From: Prasinococcaceae sp. CCMP 1430
Taxonomy: Eukaryota; Plantae; Prasinodermophyta
Assembly (NCBI GenBank): GCA_013416795.1
Contig: RQSC01000020.1
Span: 305,745-354,296 of the forward strand
Length of the DNA: 48,552 nt
Direction: 5' to 3'
The notes beneath the pieces were generated by a model. That model did not search any database. It was given only the letters and a program-made list of their open reading frames with translations, and was not told where the DNA came from. Below are positions 1 through 10,700 of this stretch, piece after piece. Numbering within the stretch: the first letter of the stretch is position 1; every line of letters begins with the position of its first letter. Position numbers and translations under genes: made by a program.

Positions 1-174
1 CCCCCCCCCCCTCCTCTCGATCGGGCCGCGCGCGCGCGCACGCGGGGGCAAACAAAAACAGTCCAGCGGGGGCGCGCGCGATGGGGCGCGCGCGAAGGGG
101 TGCCCGGGGGCATTCAGCGGTGAGGCGAAGGTTCGGCGCCATCCTCCGCAAAGTCCGAATGCGCCCGGATGGCC

Positions 175-182
175 GCGCGAAA
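175..182 (-). promoter_or_regulatory. E2F-consensus-like site (TTTCGCGC)
   Basis: GCGCGAAA at 175-182 matches the E2F consensus TTTSSCGC on the minus strand, about 185 nt upstream of the ATG at 365. It is a motif match only, in a CG-rich background. Confidence 0.2.
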
Positions 183-364
183 ACCGCGACGCGCGCTGCA
201 GGTGAGGGCGGGAAGCGTGGCACGAACCGGCCCCGCCGGCCGAGCGCGCGCGCGCGCGCGCGCGCGAACTCCTGGGCGGTGGGCGGTGGGCGTGCGTGCG
301 GCAGCGCCGCTTGCGCGCAGGCAACGTGCCACACTGTACTCACAGTACACCCCCACCTCTCAAC

Positions 365-430
365 ATGCCGCCGAAAGCCGCCGCCCACCCGCCCTACGCC
401 GTCATGGTCCGCGCCTCGCCACAAAAATGA
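365..430 (+). other. Short ORF resembling the start of a linker histone H1 globular domain (MPPKAAAHPPYAVMVRA...), stops after 21 codons
   Basis: ATG in a CAACATG context. HPPYAVMV resembles the H1 helix-1 signature HPPYxEMV/I. Stops TGA 428 and TAA 431 follow. The similarity is from memory and covers only about 10 residues. Confidence 0.3.
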
Positions 431-447
431 TAATCACTGTCCTTCAG

Positions 448-1717
448 GATCTACGGCCTCACGCAGTCCATCGAGACCATCGAGATGGCGGACTTCGAGG
501 ACGTCGACCTGGACGCGCTCGGCGAGGTCACCTTCGAGGGCGGGCCCGCGGGATCCTTCGTGGTGGAGGTGGTCGATCCGGTGGCCGACTACCTGGCGTG
601 CCTGCGGGAGGTGTTCGACATGGACGCGCTCAAGGCGTTCGTGTCGCGCCCCGACTTCAGCATGCGCTTCGACGCGATGCACGCCGTCACCGGCGCCTAC
701 GCGGGGCCCATCCTGTGCGACGTGCTCGGCGCGCCCGCCTCGGCCGTCATGAACGGCGTGCCGAAGGAGGACTTCGCCGGCGGCCACCCGGACCCCAACC
801 TCACCTACGCCAAGGAGCTCGTGGACATCATGTACGCGGGCGCCGACGCGCCCGACTTCGGCGCCGCGTCGGACGGCGACGGCGACCGCAACATGATCCT
901 CGGCAACGGCTTCTTCGTGTCGCCCTCCGACTCGGTGGCGATGATCGCCGCCAACGCCGTGGAGTGCATCCCCTACTTCAAGGAGACGGGCATCAAGGGC
1001 CTCGCCAGGTCCATGCCCACCGCGGCCGCGCTCGACAGGGTGGCGGAGAAGATGGGCGTGCCCTTCTTCGAGGTGCCCACCGGCTGGAAGTTCTTCGGCA
1101 ACCTGATGGACGACGGGCAGTGCTCCGTGTGCGGCGAGGAGTCGTTCGGCACCAGCTCTGACCACGTGCGCGAGAAGGACGGCATCTGGGCGGTGCTCGC
1201 CTGGCTGTCCATCCTCGCCAAGAAGAACGAGGGCGTCAAGGAGGGCGAGCCGCTCGTGTCGGTGGAGGACGTCGCCAAGGAGCACTGGGCCACCTACGGC
1301 CGCAACTTCTTCTCGCGCTACGACTACGAGGCGTGCGATGCCGGCGACGCGGGGAAGATGATGGACCACCTGCGCGAGGTGATCGCCGCCACCAAGGCCG
1401 GCGACAAGCTCGGCGACTTCGAGGTGGCGCTCGCGGACGACTTCAGCTACACCGACCCCGTCGACGGCTCGGTGGCCAGCGGCCAGGGCCTGCGCTTCGT
1501 CTTCGCCGACGGCTCGCGCATCATCTTCCGCCTGAGCGGCACGGGCTCCGCCGGAGCCACCATTCGCATGTACGTCGAGCAGTACTGCGGGGCGGAGGAC
1601 ACGGACAAGCACGGCGTCGACGCGCAGGAGGCGCTCGCGCCGCTGATCGCCGTCGCGCTGGACACCTCGAAGCTCGCCGAGTTCACCGGCCGCGAGTCGC
1701 CCACCGTGATCACGTAG
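448..1717 (+). CDS. PGM: Phosphoglucomutase, plastid-type; 3' exon only (N-terminal domain with the catalytic Ser not found in the window)
   Basis: Acceptor ccttcag| at 447, then [15 protein letters not shown]...[12 protein letters not shown]...[10 protein letters not shown]...DGDGDRN (metal loop)...GEESFG...[11 protein letters not shown]...TVIT*. This closely matches land-plant plastid PGM. Confidence 0.95.
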
Positions 1718-1873
1718 GGCGCCCCTTTTTTGGCGCGTTAGCTCAGTGCGGGGGCGAGCGTAGCATGAGCAGCGCGAGGGCACGTATCCGCACGTCTGCG
1801 CGTGCTCGTGCGCGCGCGCCGTGCGTTGCGTAGACGCATATGTTAAATTCTATGATACAACAGTCACTGCCCC

Positions 1874-3415
1874 TCACGCGTCCCACAGGAAGGACAGCCA
1901 GCCGCCGACGACGAGGCCGAGCACCAATGCGAGCACGGCAAGGTTACCCACGGCCTCCTTCATGTGCGGCGGCGCGAGCTGCGGGGCGAGCATGAGGATG
2001 CCCCCGCCCACGTAGCCATTCGTGGCGCCCAGCAGCAGCGAGAGCGTGCACACGATCGCCTCGCCGGCGCCGGCGTGCACGGCCACGGAGAACGCCGGCC
2101 AAAACGTCGCACGCGAAGCTGCGAGCATCCATCCCGTTCGGCGTTCGCGGATGTGCAGGCGCTCGACGCCCAGCAGCAGTTTGGCGCCCAGGTCCCCCAG
2201 GTTCCACAGCGCAATGCACAGCACCGCGTACCAGTCGCCGAGCGCCTCGGATTTGACGCCCGACACCGCGAAGAACGCAGGGAAAATGGAGAGCGTCACC
2301 ATGTACGTGAAGCAGATAGAGGCCGCTTCGGGCCACGCGATGGCCCACGCCTGCGCGAACTCGCGCGCCCGCGCCACGGCACGCTCGTGCGCGGCACCAA
2401 GCGTCGCCGCGCGCGGCAGACGCCGCATTCGGGCGCCATAACCCGCACTTGAAAAGCCGCTGACACCACCTTCTTGGAGGCCGACGCTCTCGTCCACGCG
2501 ACTCTTCCCGCCTGCGCCACCCCCATCGGTCGTCGCGGCCGACGACGACGCCCCCGCGCCCGCCAGCAGCGCGGCGTCGCTCTCGGTGCCTAGGCGCCCG
2601 CCGCCGTCAGCAATGCCATCGCGAGCGTAGGTGTGGCCGTCGGCCGCAGCGACTGGGTTGTCGAAGAGCGCATCGCCACCCTCGCCACCGTCGACCACGC
2701 CCTCCCAGGCGAGCTCCGCGTCGACCGTGCCACGCGCCGCGAGCGCCCGGTAGTGCGCGACGATGGGCAGGCGGACCATCCGACCGTACAGCGCGATGCA
2801 GAGCGCCACCCAGCAGCCGGCGAGGCCGAAGTACAGCAGCGCCGACCGCCGCAGCCCCTCTTGCGTGTCCTCGTACGCCGCCTTGGTGCACAGCCTCAGC
2901 ACGCTGATGACGAAGCCCGCCACCGACGTGCCCCCCGTCAGCGCCTGCGTGTAGCGCGGCGGCAGGGGACCCGCCAGCGCGTAGACGGCTCCCTGGCACG
3001 TCCCGTCACCCACGCCCGTCAGCGCCACCAGTAAGGCCGCCACGCCGAAGCCCGCGTCGCCCGCCCCGCCCGTGGCGAGCGGCATGGCGATCATCACGAG
3101 CAGGAAGATGCCGAAGCCGAACGCGACTCGCGCGTGCGACGTGGGGGCGCGCGCGAGGAAGGTGCACGCGACCAGCAGGGCAAAGTTTGGCAGCATGTAG
3201 CACACCGAGAAGACCGACTCGACGTTGCGCCCTGGGTAGAGCGAGGCGAAGTAGTCCACCGCGGTGATGATGGCGTTCCACGGGAAGAGCACGCCCGCCC
3301 CGACGGCGAACACTTTGGCGAGAGGAGGGCGGTGGGTGGGCAGGACGCACGAGCGTGAGCGCGGTTGCGCGCGCTCGAGGGGCACGCCGCGCGGCAGGCC
3401 CGCGCGGGCGCGCAT
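1874..3415 (-). CDS. ENT: Equilibrative nucleoside transporter (ENT1-like); start codon and a possible short intron at 3313-3350 uncertain
   Basis: GAGVLFPWNAIITAVDYF, LTGVGDGTCQG, YMVTLSIFP, WNLGDL and GATNGY motifs; about 11 hydrophobic segments with a large central loop. Confidence 0.9.
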   Translation of the reverse strand: MRARAGLPRGVPLERAQPRSRSCVLPTHRPPLAKVFAVGAGVLFPWNAIITAVDYFASLYPGRNVESVFSVCYMLPNFALLVACTFLARAPTSHARVAFGFGIFLLVMIAMPLATGGAGDAGFGVAALLVALTGVGDGTCQGAVYALAGPLPPRYTQALTGGTSVAGFVISVLRLCTKAAYEDTQEGLRRSALLYFGLAGCWVALCIALYGRMVRLPIVAHYRALAARGTVDAELAWEGVVDGGEGGDALFDNPVAAADGHTYARDGIADGGGRLGTESDAALLAGAGASSSAATTDGGGAGGKSRVDESVGLQEGGVSGFSSAGYGARMRRLPRAATLGAAHERAVARAREFAQAWAIAWPEAASICFTYMVTLSIFPAFFAVSGVKSEALGDWYAVLCIALWNLGDLGAKLLLGVERLHIRERRTGWMLAASRATFWPAFSVAVHAGAGEAIVCTLSLLLGATNGYVGGGILMLAPQLAPPHMKEAVGNLAVLALVLGLVVGGWLSFLWDA

Positions 3416-3812
3416 ACGCGCCGGCGCCGCACGCGGCGCGCGCGGGCGCCGCGCCGTGTGGCGCGCGGCGAGAGGCTCGCCTCACCACCTGCGACATTTC
3501 GATTCAACAAACGCTCGGGACGGGCGGGGGACGCGCGCGCTCAGACACAACAGCTGCGGCCGCCCAGGACGCACGCGCATGCGCATGCACGCGTCCACGC
3601 GCACGCGCGCACAGACACCCACCCACCCGCTCGCCAGCCGCGCGACGTCGGCGCTCGGGGAGGGCGCCCGCCCCGCGCGCGCGCAGGCGCTCGCCCCCCC
3701 GCCGGTACGAAAAAATGAGACCCGTTATATGGGAGTTGTGCGTGCGCGGGCAGCGAGGGCGGCAAGGGCGGCCCTTGCCTCTCGCGCCCGCGCGTGCGGA
3801 GCGCGCGCGGCG

Positions 3813-5022
3813 TCAGCGCCACGTCGTGCCGAGGTGTGAGAAGATGGCGTCGCCGATGAAGGTGCCCCACGCCCTGTAGCCGAGCATCGAGGGGTGCACG
3901 CCGTCCTCCGCCCACAGCGCGGGGTCGTTGGGGCGAGCGCCGACGAGGCGAAGCATGCTCTCCGTAGACGGACAGCCAACGAAGACGTTATCGCCGTCGA
4001 GGGCGCGCTTCTGCTCGTCCCACAGCCCGGCGATGAAAGGAACGAAGAGCGACAGCGGGAAGCTCTCGGTGAGGCCCGGCGCCCAGTGGACGGGCAGCGC
4101 CGGCAGGAACACCTGGGGGTGGGGGGGTGCGAAGGGGTTGGCACGCGCGGTCGTCAGCCTCGAGCTGCCAAGCGAGGGGTGCCTGCGAGGCCAGGTCTGA
4201 TCCTGGCGCACGCGGCGGCGCTCGCTGTCCCTCAGTACTTCTTAGAGATTATCACCTACAGCGCACCGAAGGCTTCGGGGATAGGTTGTGTCTTCACAGG
4301 GACGCGCGTTCGCGGCAGCGCAGGGCGCGCGAGGCGGCGCGCCGCGCGCGTACCTTGACGTTGCCGCTCGCGCCGGCATTGCCGACGCGCTCGCGTATGC
4401 GCTCGATGAGGGCGGCGAGGTCGTCGCGGAACGCCCACGGCGTCTTCATGCCGCGCCACATCTGCTTCCACTCGTTGAGGCCGACGAGCAGCACGACCGC
4501 CGTGAACTCCTCGGTGTCGTCGGCGGGCCCGCCGCCACTCGTCCCTGCGCCATCGACAGACGCCGCCCGGATGCGCTCAGCCAGCGAGCGGGTGGCCTCC
4601 TGTGGCGAGGCGAGTGCCGGCACCCGCGCCACGAGCCGCAGCCCCTCGGCGTCGCCCGCGACGCCTCCGTCCGGCCGCAGCCCCGCGCGCAGGCTCGCCC
4701 GGGTGACCATGACCGCCTCAGCGCTCGCGCTCGCGTCCTCCGCGCGCGGCGTGCCGCCACCTCCGAGTATCTTGTCCACGTGCTCCTCGATCATCCGCGT
4801 GTCGCCGCCGTTGACGCCGTGGCACTGCCAGCGCACGTCGACGCCGAGCAGCTGCGCGAGGCGCGACGCGACCGCGCGCGGGAACGCGGGCCCGTCCGCC
4901 GACGAGCAGCCCACGCCGGTGACGAGCGAGTCGCCCAGGAATATGAGGTTGTAGCGCCGCCGCGGCGAGGGCGGCGCAGGCGCGCGGCCGGCGGATGCGG
5001 CCGGCGACGCGTGCGCGCCCAT
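3813..5022 (-). CDS. SGNH/GDSL hydrolase (FeeA/FeeB-like), exons 5022-4354 and 4112-3813, about 322 aa
   Basis: Block I GDSL, block II GVNGG, block III GLNE and block V DGVHPS. A phase-0 intron AAG|gtacgc...cccag|GTG with a CTGAC branch at 4154 joins the two ORFs. Confidence 0.85.
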
Positions 5023-5044
5023 CAGGGCGGGACCCCCCGCGGCG

Positions 5045-5242
5045 CTCTTCCACGCGCGCTATGGTCTCGTCCTTGATCTTTGAGCACCCGAACTGGTCGA
5101 CCAGCTTGTCGTAGTCGATGGCGCCGTCCTGTCCGCCGCTGACGTCCCACGGCGTGACGACCTGCTCGCCTCCGTCGGCGGCGGGCGCCGCCTCGCCCAT
5201 CGGCGCGTCGGGCGCGGGCGCGCCGCCCCCCGGCGACGACAT
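5045..5242 (-). pseudogene. 66-codon N-terminal fragment of cytosolic tryptophanyl-tRNA synthetase
   Basis: MSSPGG...EQVVTPWDVSGGQDGAIDYDKLVDQFGCSKIKDETIARVEE matches the eukaryotic TrpRS N-terminal VxPWxV...IDYDKLxxxFG signature. Homology ends abruptly and the rest of TrpRS is absent downstream in the window. Confidence 0.75.
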
Positions 5243-6023
5243 CGCGCCGCCGCTGCACCTGCGCCACTGCTCGCTTCGAGCTCATCCTCGAGAGAGAAGG
5301 CCTCCTCGACGAGGGGATCAGGAGGAATGCCACGATGATGGATGGGCACGACGCTCCCGCGTGCACTCTCCACGCTGGAAGCGTCGGCGCCGACGTGACT
5401 GGACCCCATCGTGGTCGCGCCTGCATCTGCACTGGCGTCTGGGCCAGGCCCGAGCGCGACCAGATCTGCCGCGTGGACTGCCTGCGGCAGCGAGACAGAC
5501 GCGTGCCGGCGGAAGCGACGGCCCATCGAGGCTGCCAGGGCTACGTCGCACATGGTTTGCATGTCGGTAGCCTCCAACACGCCGTCTGAGACAAGCATAA
5601 TGAGCGCGTTGTCCCATTCGCTGTCGTCAATGTCGAACTCAAAGCCAGAGGTCGCCGCTGTATGCGAGACCACCTCACCAAACGGCACGTCGCCCACAGC
5701 TCGGCTGACTGCCAGGAGCGCATCGCTGCCAGGCATCTGCAGCCGCATGCGCCCCGACGGCATTCGCACGACCTCGCCGCCCGCCGCGCGGATGCGCTCC
5801 TGCTCCGCGGCGTCCGAAGGTGACGGCGAGGCCACGAGCTCTTTCGCCTTGCCGAGCGGCGAGCAGAGCACCGCGCGGGCGTCGCCAAGGGTCGCGACGC
5901 CCAGCGACATGCGCCGGCCGTCGCGCCTCACGGCCACGGCCGCGGCCGTCGCCCCCGCCGGGGAGCCGTCCTCGACGACGTGATGCGACGCCACGAAGCT
6001 CGCGTGCGAGGCCTTGAAGGCCG
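5059..6023 (-). CDS. PP2C-family phosphatase, partial (5' end lost at the n at 6024; C-terminal DN motif not evident)
   Basis: VATLGDARAVL, EQERIRAAGG, LAVSRAVGD and LVSDGV motifs. The DGH motif and a clear terminal DNxT motif are missing, and the frame runs on across the TrpRS fragment. Confidence 0.7.
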
Positions 6024-6024
6024 N

Positions 6025-6312
6025 GTGTGATGTGAGTGTGTTTTGTGTGTGTTTTTTTGTGTGTTTTGTGTGTGTGTGTGATGTGAGTGTGTTTTGTGTG
6101 TGTTTTTTTGTGTGTTTTGTGTGTGTGTGTGATGTGAGTGTGTTTTGTGTGTGTTTTTTTGTGTGTTTTGTGTGTGTGTGTGATGTGAGTGTGTTTTGTG
6201 TGTGTTTTTGTGTGTGTTTTGTGTGTGTGTGTGATGTGAGTGTGTTTTGTGTGTGTTTTTGTGTGTGTTTTTGTGTGTGTTTGTGTGTATGTGTTTTTGT
6301 GTGTGTTTTGTG
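6025..6312. repeat. 51-bp GT/T-rich minisatellite, about 5.5 copies
   Basis: GATGTGAG recurs at 6029, 6080, 6131, 6182 and 6233, an exact 51-bp period. Confidence 0.9.
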
Positions 6313-6316
6313 TGAC

Positions 6317-6362
6317 ACCCTTAACCCTAACCCGAGTGCATATGTTTGGGGTAGGGTTTAAA
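6317..6362. promoter_or_regulatory. Opposed telomere-like/telo-box motifs (AACCCTAACCC...GGGGTAGGGTTT)
   Basis: AACCCTAA at 6323-6330 and TAGGGTTT at 6352-6359 surround a CATATG centre, between the divergent PP2C and cyclophilin genes. Confidence 0.4.
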
Positions 6363-6706
6363 CCTTATCCTCATCGGGTGGCGAGGCGGGCGTCCGGCGG
6401 GCGCGCTCGCGCGCGCGGCAGGGGGAGGCAGGGGAGGCAGGGGCGGTGCGTGTGTGTGTGCGTGTGTGTGTGTCGGGGGAAAAGGGGAGGGAGGGAGGGA
6501 GTGTGCGTCGGCGCGGTGGAAGAAGAGCCATCCAGGCGATCGGCGCGCGCGGCGCCACTCAGTGCGGCGGGGGGCGGCGTGCGTGTGTGCGCTTGCGCGC
6601 GCGCGCGCGCGGGCGGGCGTGTGCTTGCTTGTGCGTGCGTGTGCGTGCGGTGTGCGGGTGCGTGCGGGTGTGTGAGGGGGGAAAGCGGCAAGAGGGGGCG
6701 ATAGCG

Positions 6707-7633
6707 ATGGCGATGCGCGCGGCGGCGCACGCCGCGCCAGCGGCGGCGCGGGCGCGAGGCGGCGAGAGGCGGGCGACGGCGGCGGCCGCCGCCTCGGTCG
6801 ACGGCCTGGGCATCGCGCGCCCGGCCGCCGCCCACGCTTCGAGCGAGGCGGACGTCTTCCTCGACATCGCCATCGACGGTGCCGAGCCGAGGCGCGTCGC
6901 CGTGCGGCTGTACGCCGACGCGCCCGCCGTCGCGCGCGCGCGCTTCGCGGCGCTCTGCGAGGGCACCGCCGACGGCGTGAGCTACCGGCGGACCGCGGTC
7001 ACCACCGTCGACGCGGACGGGGGATACGTGTCCACGGACGGCGTCAAGAGCTTGTCCTACGGCTCGGGCGGCACGCGCGTGCCCGGCGGCGAGACGGCGT
7101 CCGAGGTCAAGGCGGAGTTTCGCGCGCAGGGCGACGGCAGGCGCACGCACTCCCGCGCGGGCCTCGTGTCGCTGGCCGTGCTCGACACCGACGTCGAGAC
7201 GCAGGACGTGGAGGAGGAGTATCAGTTCGTCAAGGGCAAGCTCGCCGTCGTCGAGAAGAAAGGCAAGAGGCTGGCGCCTCCCAACGGAACGGGATTCAAC
7301 ATTACCACAGGCGCAGCGCCCGCACTCGACGGCACGTCCACTGTGGTGGGCGAGGTGGTGGAGGGCCTCGATGCGGTCGCCGCCATCGCCGCCCTCCCCG
7401 TGGTCAAACCCAACACCGGCGGGCTCAGCGGGGGGCTCTTCGCGCTGGGGAAGGGCGCGGGCGACCCACGCGCGAAGATGGTCGAAAAGAGCTTCAACAA
7501 GCCCTTCGCTAAGGTCGTCGTGCAGCGCTCGGGCGTCGTTGCGCGCGCGGCGCCGCCCGAGCCGCCGGCCGACGTTAGCGAGGACGCCGCCGACGCGGCC
7601 GATGCGACGCAGGCCGCGGCCACGGCCGCATAA
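6707..7633 (+). CDS. CYP26-2: Plastid cyclophilin-like protein CYP26-2 homologue, 308 aa
   Basis: Ala/Arg-rich transit-like N-terminus, then VFLDIAIDG, VSYRR, PNGTGFNIT, VVGEVVEG and GDPRAKMVEKSFNKPFAKVVV, which parallels the CYP26-2 C-terminal GDKRAVVAERGFNRPYSKVVV. Confidence 0.85.
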   Translation: MAMRAAAHAAPAAARARGGERRATAAAAASVDGLGIARPAAAHASSEADVFLDIAIDGAEPRRVAVRLYADAPAVARARFAALCEGTADGVSYRRTAVTTVDADGGYVSTDGVKSLSYGSGGTRVPGGETASEVKAEFRAQGDGRRTHSRAGLVSLAVLDTDVETQDVEEEYQFVKGKLAVVEKKGKRLAPPNGTGFNITTGAAPALDGTSTVVGEVVEGLDAVAAIAALPVVKPNTGGLSGGLFALGKGAGDPRAKMVEKSFNKPFAKVVVQRSGVVARAAPPEPPADVSEDAADAADATQAAATAA

Positions 7634-7723
7634 ACCGAGCGGTCGCGGTCGCGCGGTCGCGCGCGCGCCCCGAGCTCGTTGTACATAAGACGCCGCACAT
7701 TGCCTGCAGCATGCGCTCAGCAA

Positions 7724-10700
7724 TCACTTCGCCTTCCAATGCCTCGCCCAGTCGGCGATGGCGATGCTCGCGCTGACGTGGACGTTGAGCGACCTGATGT
7801 GGCCAAAGAGGGGGATCTCGATGCATCTGTCGCACGCGGCGATGATCTCCGCCGGCATGCCGCGCTGCTCGTGTCCCAGGACGAGCAAAGTGCGGCGCGA
7901 TGGCCACCGGTACTCCCAGCTGCTCACGCTGTTGGCGGTCTGCTCGAGGCCGACAACCTCCCAGCCCTCCGCTCGGCGCGCGTCCAGCCACGCGCGAAGG
8001 CGGTCCGGCGGCACGAACTCCATGGGCACGTGCTCGTGCGCGGTGACGCACACAGATGTGTACGCGGGCTTTCGAAGCGCCGCGCGGTCGGGGAGCACCA
8101 CGCCGGACGCGCCCATCGCCTCTGTGGTGCGCGTGATGCCGCCTTGGTTTGGTAGCTTGTCTATAAGGCTCGCCACGATGACAAGGGCGCCCTGCGGCTC
8201 TCCCGGCTCGTCCGCGTCGGGCGTCGCGCACACGCCGCCGCTGTCACTCGCGCCGGCCCGGCCGTCGCCCGCCCCGCCGCTCGCGCCGCGCGAGCGCCCA
8301 CTGGCCGCCTTCTTGTTCTCCGTGACGGCGACCGAGTCGTACAGCGCAAGCCACGGCGCCCAGCCTTGCCCGAGGAACTTCCGCTGAAAGTCCTCCGCGC
8401 CCTCGGACGCAGTGGCGGCCATCTCACCGGTTGGGAGGCTGCGGTGCACGTCGTTTGCCGCCGCCGCCTCGTGCGCGTCCCTGTGCGCGGCGTCTTCCAC
8501 GAGGCGCGCGCGATTGCTGCTGCGCACGGCCGACAAGTACGCGTTCACGTGATCGATCAGCGCGCTCGGGCACGCCTCGAACGGCAGCGACTCATCGGCG
8601 GATGCCTCGCCACTGCAGCAGGGCGCCAATGCGCGCGGTCATGCAGAGCGTGCGCAGAGCGGGTGGCGGGCTGTTAGTAAACCTCAAACAGCGGATACAT
8701 GCGCTGGCACGCGTCCCCTGCCACGCGTACCTGAACGTGTCTGCGTCAACCGCGGCCGCCTCGATGTACGTCGCCCGCGCAAGGATGTTTTGGGGCAGCC
8801 ACGTCGCCTCGAGCATCTCTTGGCGCTTGGCGGTGTCGGTTTCCGCCGTCACCGCGAGCTCGTTAAACCACTCTCGGAAGTACTGTGCGACCCCTCCTTC
8901 CATGAAGCGCCGCACATCGGGATGCTCTGTCTGCCAGCGCCACAAGCACTCGAGCAGCGAATTGTCGGCGCGCGCATCTGCGGCCTTGAGCAGCGTGTGC
9001 AGCAGCGCCTGCGCGAGGTTTCGGCAGTTGTGGTGGTGCACGCCCGTCCACGGGAGAACGCGCGGAAGCAGGCGCGACACGCACTCGTCACGCTCGCGCA
9101 CGTCGGGCACGCATAGTGAGGCGTGCGCTGCCACCATTAGCGCCGATGCCACGCCGGCATTGTCGAGCGAATAATCTTCAAGCATCGGCAGGACCAACCG
9201 GGAGAGCACAGACGCATAGCGCGTACAACATCCCACGGCAGCAAGCTCGATGTACTGCCGCACAGATGCGAGATCGCTCGCGCGCAGCGCGACGAAGATG
9301 TGCTCGCACACCTCGGCCTCGCACTCGGCGTCCATGTAAGGCACCAGCGTGCACACCGCCTGCCAAAGGCGCACTTTCTGCCTGTGCAGCTCGCCGGCCG
9401 TACGATACAGCGCGCGTGAGAGGTTTTCGCCGCGGCTCGCTCGCAGCAGCGCCACGAGTACAGTCCGTCCGGCAGAGTATTGGATCGTGCCTTCCGACGA
9501 GAGCACCGCCCTCAGCGCAGTGCAGAGCGCCACGCGCGGAAAGACCGCCGCGAGATGTTGCACCTGCGCCACCTCGCGCGGCAGCAGCGCCGCCGCGGCG
9601 CTCCCACTCGACAGCATGACGCCAACGGCGGTATTGTCCGCCTCGAGGTCGAGCGTCGGTGCTCCACTAAGGAGCAGGCCCACCAGCACGTCTTCGAGGT
9701 GCGCCACGACCACCAACGGCATGGCAACCAGCAGGCTGCACAGCGCTAGCACAAGCAGACGCCTCACGCGTGGTGAGCTCTCACTCAAGACGTGCACCTC
9801 GCGCACGAAGCGCACAAGCGCCGCGCGTATGCGCTCGCGCGATGTGGAGGCGTCTTTCTCCGCCCACGAGCAGTCATCCTGCAGAAGGCCGAAAATGTTT
9901 GGATGCATGACCGCGCCTAGGAGGGCCGAGAGCAGCTCCGAGCGGCGTTTTTTGCTGCCGTGAAGAACCTCGAGCGTCGCGTCCACGAGGCTCTCGACAT
10001 TCAGCGCCACATCTCTCGACGCGTCGCTGCTGCGACTTCCCCTCACAGCGCCTGCCTCGACGAGCTCGAATACCGCCTCCGCGACGGGAAGGGCATCGCT
10101 ATCCCACAGCACGCTCAAGAACTCGCACGCCTCAAGAAGAACAGCGGTCAACGGGAGCGGCAGATGGTCTTGCGCGCCGTCAAGCGCACCAACGCTCAAG
10201 CACAGGCGCGCGATGCTGCCGAGAGCCGTCAGCCGCGCTGTGCGCGTGTCCGGTGCGCGAGAGGCATGGCTGCCGTCGCCACGCGTCGCCAGCCCGAGCA
10301 GTGCAGATCGCGCACGCTCACGCGAACCACCCCGTTGGGCTTCGCAGAGTGCCCGCGCCGCCGCCGATACGCCACGCATTATCGCGGCCTCCTCGGCATC
10401 GTCGAGCGGTGTCGTCTCCGCCGCACCAATGCTGCCGGCTTGCTCGAGAATTCCCAACAGTGCATCCGCGAGCATCTCACATGTGTCGGGATCATCACCC
10501 TCGGGGTCCGCGCGTTTGCCTGTTGCCTGCAAGCGCAGCAAGCTAGCTGCGCATTCAGCCGCGCGTGCTCGTCGCAGTGCTCCAACTTCGTCGCCCCGAG
10601 TGCTGCAATCGTGCACGAGTGCACACGCGATGCGCCGACCAGACGCCCCTGCGAGAAACGCACGCAGCGCATGCGCCAGAGCACATCCTTGGCCCACGCG

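Noticed and set aside
6025-6312. CRISPR-like array
   Set aside because: It is a contiguous tandem repeat with no unique spacers, in a eukaryotic context with no cas genes.
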